Positions 26,319 to 32,000 of a stretch of 32,000 nucleotides of DNA are shown here, piece after piece; the stretch's first letter is position 1; every line of letters starts with the position of its first letter. Below the pieces are notes generated by a model. It saw only the letters and a program-made list of their open reading frames with translations, made no database searches and was not told the DNA's origin. A program made the translations under genes and the position numbers. Where the stretch lies: positions 780,001 through 812,000 of the forward strand of contig NC_007493.2 of assembly GCF_000012905.2 (NCBI RefSeq), given 5' to 3'. Origin of the DNA: Cereibacter sphaeroides 2.4.1. Lineage in GTDB: Bacteria > Pseudomonadota > Alphaproteobacteria > Rhodobacterales > Rhodobacteraceae.

Positions 26319-29189
26319 ATGAGCTTCACCCCCACGGACTATAACGCCTACGATTTCGCCAACCGCCGGCACATCGGCCCATCGCCCTCCGAAATGGAAG
26401 AGATGCTGCGCGTGGTGGGGGTGTCCTCGCTCGACCAGCTGATCGAGGAGACGGTGCCCGCCTCGATCCGGCAGGAGACGCCGCTCGACTGGGCGCCGCT
26501 CGCCGAGCATGAGCTGCTCGCCCGGATGCGCGAGGTGGCTGCCAAGAACCGCGTGATGACCTCGCTCATCGGGCAGGGCTATTACGGCACGGTCACGCCG
26601 CCTGCCATCCAGCGCAACATCCTCGAGAATCCGGCCTGGTACACGGCCTATACGCCCTACCAGCCCGAGATCGCGCAGGGGCGGCTCGAGGCGCTCTTGA
26701 ACTACCAGACCATGGTCGCGGACCTCACCGGCCTGCCGGTCGCCAATGCCTCGCTTCTCGACGAGGCGACGGCGGCGGCCGAGGCCATGACCATGGCCGA
26801 GCGGGCCTCGAAGTCGAAGGCGCGGGCCTTCTTCGTCGATGCCGACTGCCATCCGCAGACGATCTCGGTCATCCGCACCCGCGCCGAGCCGCTGGGCATC
26901 GAGGTGATCGTGGGCCATCCCGCGCAGCTCGTGCCCGAGGATGTGTTCGGCGCGCTGTTCCAGTATCCCGGCACTTACGGGCTCGTGCGCGACTTCACCC
27001 GCGATATTGCGGCGCTGCACGAGGCGAAGGCGCTGGCCGTGGTGGCGACCGACCTTCTGGCGCTCTGCCTCCTCAAGGAGCCGGGCGCGATGGGCGCCGA
27101 CATCGCCATCGGCTCGAGCCAGCGGTTCGGCGTGCCGATGGGCTACGGCGGTCCGCATGCGGCCTTCATGTCCTGCAAGGACGATCTGAAACGGTCGATG
27201 CCCGGCCGGCTCGTCGGCGTTTCGGTCGATGCGCGCGGCAACAAGGCCTATCGCCTCGCCCTCCAGACCCGCGAGCAGCATATCCGCCGCGAGAAGGCCA
27301 CCTCGAACGTCTGCACCGCGCAGGCGCTTCTGGCGGTCATGGCGAGCTTCTATGCCGTCTTCCACGGCCCCCGCGGCCTCCGCGCCATCGCCGAGCGGGT
27401 GCATCTGAACACCGTCCGCCTCGCGACCGCGCTGAAGGAGGCGGGAGCCCGCGTCAGCCCCGAGGCCTTCTTCGACACGATCACCGTCGAGGTGGGCGTG
27501 GGGCAGGCGGGGATCCTCGCCGCTGCGCGTCACCGGGGCATCAACCTGCGCAAGGTGGGCCGCGACCGGGTGGGGATCTCGCTCGACGAGACGACCGATG
27601 CCGGCGTGATCGCGCGCGTGCTCGATGCCTTCGGGATCCACGAGCCCGCCCCCGCGAAGGTGGGCTTGGGCTTCCCCGAGCCGCTCCTGCGCGAGACCGG
27701 CTATCTCTCGCATCCGGTCTTCCAGATGAACCGGGCGGAATCCGAGATGATGCGCTACATGCGCCGCCTTTCGGACCGCGACCTCGCGCTGGACCGGGCG
27801 ATGATCCCGCTTGGCTCCTGCACGATGAAGCTGAATGCCGCCGCCGAGATGATGCCCATCACCTGGCCCGAATTCGGCACGCTGCATCCGTTCGCGCCGG
27901 CCGATCAGGCCGCGGGCTATCACGAGGCCATCGGCGATCTGGCCCAGCGGCTCTGCCGGATCACCGGCTACGACGCCATGTCGATGCAGCCGAACTCGGG
28001 CGCGCAGGGCGAATATGCGGGGCTTCTCACCATCCTCGCCTATCACCGGGCGCGGGGCGACGCGGAGCGCACGATCTGCCTCATCCCGGTCTCGGCGCAT
28101 GGCACCAACCCGGCCTCGGCGCAGATGGCAGGGATGAAGGTGGTCGTGGTGAAGTCGGCGCCGAACGGCGACGTCGATCTCGAGGATTTTCGCGACAAGG
28201 CGGCGGCGGCGGGCGACCGGCTCGCGGCCTGCATGATCACCTATCCCTCGACCCACGGCGTCTTCGAGGAGACGGTGCGCGAGGTCTGCCGCATCACCCA
28301 CGAGCACGGCGGTCAGGTCTATATCGACGGGGCCAACATGAACGCGATGGTGGGCCTCGTGCAGCCGGGCGCCATCGGCGGCGATGTGAGCCACCTGAAC
28401 CTGCACAAGACCTTCGCCATTCCGCATGGCGGCGGCGGCCCCGGCATGGGGCCCATCGGGGTCAAGGCGCATCTCGCGCCGTACCTGCCGGGCCATCCCG
28501 AGGTGACGGGGCCGCTGACCGGAGGCCATGACGAGGCGGCCGACGAGGGGCCGGTCTCGGCCGCGCCCTATGGCTCGGCCTCGATCCTGCTCATCTCCTG
28601 GGCCTATTGCCTGATGATGGGCGGCGAGGGGCTCACGCAGGCGACGCGGGTCGCGATCCTGAACGCAAACTATATCGCGGCGCGGTTGCGCGGGGCCTAC
28701 AAGGTGCTGTTCATGGGCAATCGCGGGCGCGTGGCCCACGAGTGCATCCTCGACACCCGGCCCTTCGCCGAGGCGGGCGTGACGGTGGACGATATCGCCA
28801 AGCGGCTGATCGACAACGGCTTCCACGCGCCGACCATGAGCTGGCCCGTGCCGGGGACGCTGATGGTCGAGCCCACGGAATCCGAGACCAAGGCCGAGAT
28901 CGACCGGTTCGTGGCGGCGCTCCTGGCGATCCGCGAGGAGATCCGCGCGGTCGAGGAGGGCGAGATCGCCGCGGCGGACAGCCCGCTGCGCCATGCGCCG
29001 CATACGGTCGAGGATCTGGTGGCGGACTGGGATCGCAAATATCCGCGCGAGCAGGGCTGCTTCCCGCCGGGCTCGTTCCGGGTCGACAAATACTGGCCGC
29101 CCGTCGGCCGCGTCGACAATGCGTGGGGCGACCGCAACCTCGTCTGCACCTGTCCGCCGGTGGAAAGCTACAGCATCGCCGCACAATAG
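26319..29189 (+). CDS. gcvP: Glycine dehydrogenase (decarboxylating), P protein, single-chain form
   Basis: 956 aa. Motifs are [44 protein letters not shown] and the PLP-lysine region [19 protein letters not shown]. It starts 3 nt after the gcvH stop. Confidence 0.95.
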   Translation: MSFTPTDYNAYDFANRRHIGPSPSEMEEMLRVVGVSSLDQLIEETVPASIRQETPLDWAPLAEHELLARMREVAAKNRVMTSLIGQGYYGTVTPPAIQRNILENPAWYTAYTPYQPEIAQGRLEALLNYQTMVADLTGLPVANASLLDEATAAAEAMTMAERASKSKARAFFVDADCHPQTISVIRTRAEPLGIEVIVGHPAQLVPEDVFGALFQYPGTYGLVRDFTRDIAALHEAKALAVVATDLLALCLLKEPGAMGADIAIGSSQRFGVPMGYGGPHAAFMSCKDDLKRSMPGRLVGVSVDARGNKAYRLALQTREQHIRREKATSNVCTAQALLAVMASFYAVFHGPRGLRAIAERVHLNTVRLATALKEAGARVSPEAFFDTITVEVGVGQAGILAAARHRGINLRKVGRDRVGISLDETTDAGVIARVLDAFGIHEPAPAKVGLGFPEPLLRETGYLSHPVFQMNRAESEMMRYMRRLSDRDLALDRAMIPLGSCTMKLNAAAEMMPITWPEFGTLHPFAPADQAAGYHEAIGDLAQRLCRITGYDAMSMQPNSGAQGEYAGLLTILAYHRARGDAERTICLIPVSAHGTNPASAQMAGMKVVVVKSAPNGDVDLEDFRDKAAAAGDRLAACMITYPSTHGVFEETVREVCRITHEHGGQVYIDGANMNAMVGLVQPGAIGGDVSHLNLHKTFAIPHGGGGPGMGPIGVKAHLAPYLPGHPEVTGPLTGGHDEAADEGPVSAAPYGSASILLISWAYCLMMGGEGLTQATRVAILNANYIAARLRGAYKVLFMGNRGRVAHECILDTRPFAEAGVTVDDIAKRLIDNGFHAPTMSWPVPGTLMVEPTESETKAEIDRFVAALLAIREEIRAVEEGEIAAADSPLRHAPHTVEDLVADWDRKYPREQGCFPPGSFRVDKYWPPVGRVDNAWGDRNLVCTCPPVESYSIAAQ

Positions 29190-29209
29190 CTTGGGCCTCC
29201 TGAAAGACG

Positions 29210-29238
29210 GAAAAGGGCGGGGAGTTCCCCGCCCTTTC
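29210..29238. terminator. Bidirectional rho-independent terminator between gcvP and the convergent beta-oxidation operon
   Basis: gaaaagggcgggg-AGTT-ccccgcccttttc-type stem. U-rich tails are present in both orientations: plus strand ...CCCTTTCTCGTGT, minus strand ...CCCTTTTCCGTCTTTC. Confidence 0.75.
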
Positions 29239-29340
29239 TCGTGTCGGCAACCTTCGGGCATCGGCCCCTCGGCAATCCCAGCCTCCGAGCCTCCGAGCCT
29301 CCGCGGCCCGGGAGCGGGCGGCCCTGCGGCCTCCGGCGGG

Positions 29341-29368
29341 TTCGGGAGACGGCATTCCGTCTCCCGAA
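29341..29368 (-). terminator. Perfect 12-bp stem-loop 11 nt downstream of the multifunctional-enzyme stop (no U-tract)
   Basis: ttcgggagacgg-CATT-ccgtctcccgaa. It lies between the stop at 29379 and the bidirectional terminator. Confidence 0.4.
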
Positions 29369-29378
29369 AGGCCGCCCG

Positions 29379-31580
29379 TCAGGCCGCGCGGGCCTGCGGT
29401 GCGAAGCGGGCGTAGAAGCTCTCGCCCTTGCCGGCCATCTCGACCAGCAGCTTCGGCGGCGCGAAGCGGCTGCCGTGACGCTCGGCCAGCCCCTCGCAGA
29501 TCTCCACCGCGCGCGGCGCGCCGATCATGTCGAGCCAGCTGAACGGGCCGCCCGACCAGGGCGCGAAGCCCCAGCCGAGAATGGCGCCCACGTCGCCCTC
29601 GCGGATGTCGGTCAGCACGCCCTCCTCGAGCGCGCGCACCGCCTCGAGCACCTGCGCGAAGAGAAGCCGGTGCTGCACCTCGGCAAGCTCGGGCTGCGCC
29701 TCGGCCTGCGGCCAGCGGTCGGCGAGGCCCGGCCAGAGACCTTCGCGCTTGCCGGCGGCGTCGTAGGCATAGAAGCCCGCGCCCGCCTTGCGGCCGAGCC
29801 GCCCCTCGTCCGCCAGCGGGAAGATCACCGCATCCACCGCCGCGTCCGGATAGGCCTCGCCCAGGGCGGCCTTCGTGGCCTTGGCGATCTTCACCCCGAG
29901 GTCGATCGAGGTTTCGTCCACCAGCTGAAGGGGGCCGAGCGGCATCCCCACCAGCTTCGCCGCATTCTCGATCAGCGCGGGCGCCACGCCTTCGGCCACC
30001 ATGCGGATCCCCTCGTTGAGGTAGGGGATGATGCAGCGGTTGGCGTAGAAGAAGCGCGCATCGTGGACGACGATGGGCGTCTTGCGGATCTGGCGCACGA
30101 AATCGAGCGCCTTGGCCACGGCGCGGTCGCCGGTGGCCTTGCCGCGGATGATCTCGACCAGCATCATCTTGTCCACGGGCGAGAAGAAATGGATGCCGAT
30201 GAACTGCGCCGGATCGCGGCTCGCCTTGGCCAACCCCGAGATCGGCAGGGTCGAGGTGTTGGTTGCGAAGATACAGTCGGGCCCGACCGCGGCCTCGACC
30301 TTCTGAGTGACCTCGGCCTTCACCGCGGGATCCTCGAACACCGCCTCGACGATCAGATCGCAGCCCGAGAGGGCCGCATAGTCGGTGGTGGCGGCGATCC
30401 GGCCCAGCACCTCGGCCTTCTTCTCGGCCGAGACCTTGCCCCGCTTCATCCCCTTGTCGAGGAGACCTTCCGAATGGGACTTGCCGCGGTCGGCCGCCTC
30501 CTGCGTCGCGTCGATCAGCACGACCTCGATGCCCGCATTGGCCGCGACATGGGCGATGCCCGCGCCCATCATGCCCGCCCCGATCACGCCCAGCTTCCGG
30601 ACCGACTGGTCGGGCAGGGCAGGGCGGACGGCGCCCTTCTCCAGCGCCTCCTTGTTGATGAAGAGCGACCGGATCATCGCCGACGAGGAGGGATTCATCA
30701 GCACATGGGTGAACCAGCGCGCCTCGATCTTCAGCGCGGTGTCGAAGGGCACGAGCGCGCCCTCGTAGACCGCGGCGAGCAGGCCCTTGGCCGCCGGATA
30801 GACGCCCATCGTCTTGCCCGTCACCATGGCCGAGGCGCCGACGAAGGTCATGAAGCCCGCCGGATGGTAGGGCGCGCCGCCAGGCATCTTGTAGCCCTTG
30901 GCGTCCCACGGCTTCACCAGATCCGCGTCCTTCGCGCCGAGCACCCATTCCTTCGCCCGCGGGAGCAGCTGATCGGCCGGCACCACCTCGTCGACGACAC
31001 CCATGGCCTTGGCGCCCTTGGGATCGTTCAGCTTGCCCTCGAGGAGGAGGGGAGCCGCCATCATGGCGCCGAGCCTGCGGACGAGCCGCGTCGTGCCGCC
31101 GCCGCCGGGGAAGATCCCCACCATGATCTCGGGCAGGCCGATCTTGGCCTTGGGATTGTCGGCCGCGATGATGCGGTGGCAGGCCAGCGGCAGCTCGAGC
31201 CCCAGGCCCAGGGCGGTGCCGGGCAGGGCCGCCACGATGGGCTTGCCCCCCTTCAGCGTCTTCGGATCCATGCCCGCGCGCTCGATCCGGCGCAGGACGG
31301 CATGCATCTCCATCACGCCCTCGAACACGGCCCGGGCCGGATCGTCGCCGCCTTCCTCCTTCATGCGGGCGATGACATTGAGATCCATCCCCGCGGCAAA
31401 GTCCTTCTTGCCCGAGGTGAGGATCACGCCCTTGACAGACGGATCGCCGAGCGCCGCGGCGATCAGCCCGTCGAGCTCGGCAAATCCCGCCATCGACATG
31501 ACGTTCATCGACTTGCCCGGCACGTCCCAGGTGATGGTGCAGACCCCGTCCGCGTCGGTCCGGCTGGTGAAATCGGTCAT
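29379..31580 (-). CDS. Fatty-acid oxidation multifunctional enzyme (enoyl-CoA hydratase/isomerase plus 3-hydroxyacyl-CoA dehydrogenase, FadB/FadJ type)
   Basis: 733 aa with a strong GAGGGAGG upstream that overlaps the thiolase stop. The N-terminal crotonase fold includes GKKDFAAGMDLN. The NAD-binding motif is LGVIGAGMMGAGIAHVAA, followed by the HACD region IGIHFFSPVDKMMLVEII. Confidence 0.92.
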   Translation of the reverse strand: MTDFTSRTDADGVCTITWDVPGKSMNVMSMAGFAELDGLIAAALGDPSVKGVILTSGKKDFAAGMDLNVIARMKEEGGDDPARAVFEGVMEMHAVLRRIERAGMDPKTLKGGKPIVAALPGTALGLGLELPLACHRIIAADNPKAKIGLPEIMVGIFPGGGGTTRLVRRLGAMMAAPLLLEGKLNDPKGAKAMGVVDEVVPADQLLPRAKEWVLGAKDADLVKPWDAKGYKMPGGAPYHPAGFMTFVGASAMVTGKTMGVYPAAKGLLAAVYEGALVPFDTALKIEARWFTHVLMNPSSSAMIRSLFINKEALEKGAVRPALPDQSVRKLGVIGAGMMGAGIAHVAANAGIEVVLIDATQEAADRGKSHSEGLLDKGMKRGKVSAEKKAEVLGRIAATTDYAALSGCDLIVEAVFEDPAVKAEVTQKVEAAVGPDCIFATNTSTLPISGLAKASRDPAQFIGIHFFSPVDKMMLVEIIRGKATGDRAVAKALDFVRQIRKTPIVVHDARFFYANRCIIPYLNEGIRMVAEGVAPALIENAAKLVGMPLGPLQLVDETSIDLGVKIAKATKAALGEAYPDAAVDAVIFPLADEGRLGRKAGAGFYAYDAAGKREGLWPGLADRWPQAEAQPELAEVQHRLLFAQVLEAVRALEEGVLTDIREGDVGAILGWGFAPWSGGPFSWLDMIGAPRAVEICEGLAERHGSRFAPPKLLVEMAGKGESFYARFAPQARAA

Positions 31581-31594
31581 CTGGTGGCCCTCCC

Positions 31595-32000
<406 letters not shown>

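Noticed and set aside
29281-29304. Tandem GCCTCCG octamers were considered as a possible CRISPR-like or VNTR repeat.
   Set aside because: There are only 2-3 copies of 8 nt with no spacers, far below any CRISPR architecture. This is most likely simple-sequence slippage in a GC-rich spacer.

Overview
This is a very GC-rich alphaproteobacterial chromosomal segment. Gene content, order and an exact match to the published PccR operator motif point to Rhodobacter/Cereibacter sphaeroides or a close relative; that assignment is an inference, not a search result. The window is almost entirely core metabolism. In order it contains: a frameshifted gabT-like aminotransferase (3' end off-window), dprA, topA, a choXWV-type choline/betaine ABC transporter divergent from betI-betB-betA, a secreted SNase-like nuclease, the ScfR-family regulator pccR with an MFS transporter and a DUF486-like membrane protein, pccB, about 2 kb of small hypothetical or lipoprotein genes, pccA, a DUF4174-like secreted protein, methylmalonyl-CoA mutase, a tandem glycine riboswitch with gcvT-gcvH-gcvP, and a convergent fatty-acid beta-oxidation pair (FadB/J-type multifunctional enzyme plus a thiolase that runs off-window). 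I found no rRNA, tRNA, CRISPR array, transposase, integrase or recognisable defence or toxin system, so I cannot honestly point to a novel multi-gene system here. The observations most worth follow-up are: (1) a second pair of perfect TTTGCAAA PccR-type boxes directly on the pccR ribosome-binding region; (2) the split of pccB and pccA by a mosaic of small, terminator-punctuated genes, including a 44-aa lipoprotein absent from the ORF track and a low-GC patch; (3) a canonical intrinsic terminator only about 35 nt upstream of the pccA start; (4) an orphan terminator that may mark an sRNA; (5) the gabT frameshift. The many ORFs over 400 aa lying antisense to known genes are GC-driven shadow ORFs.
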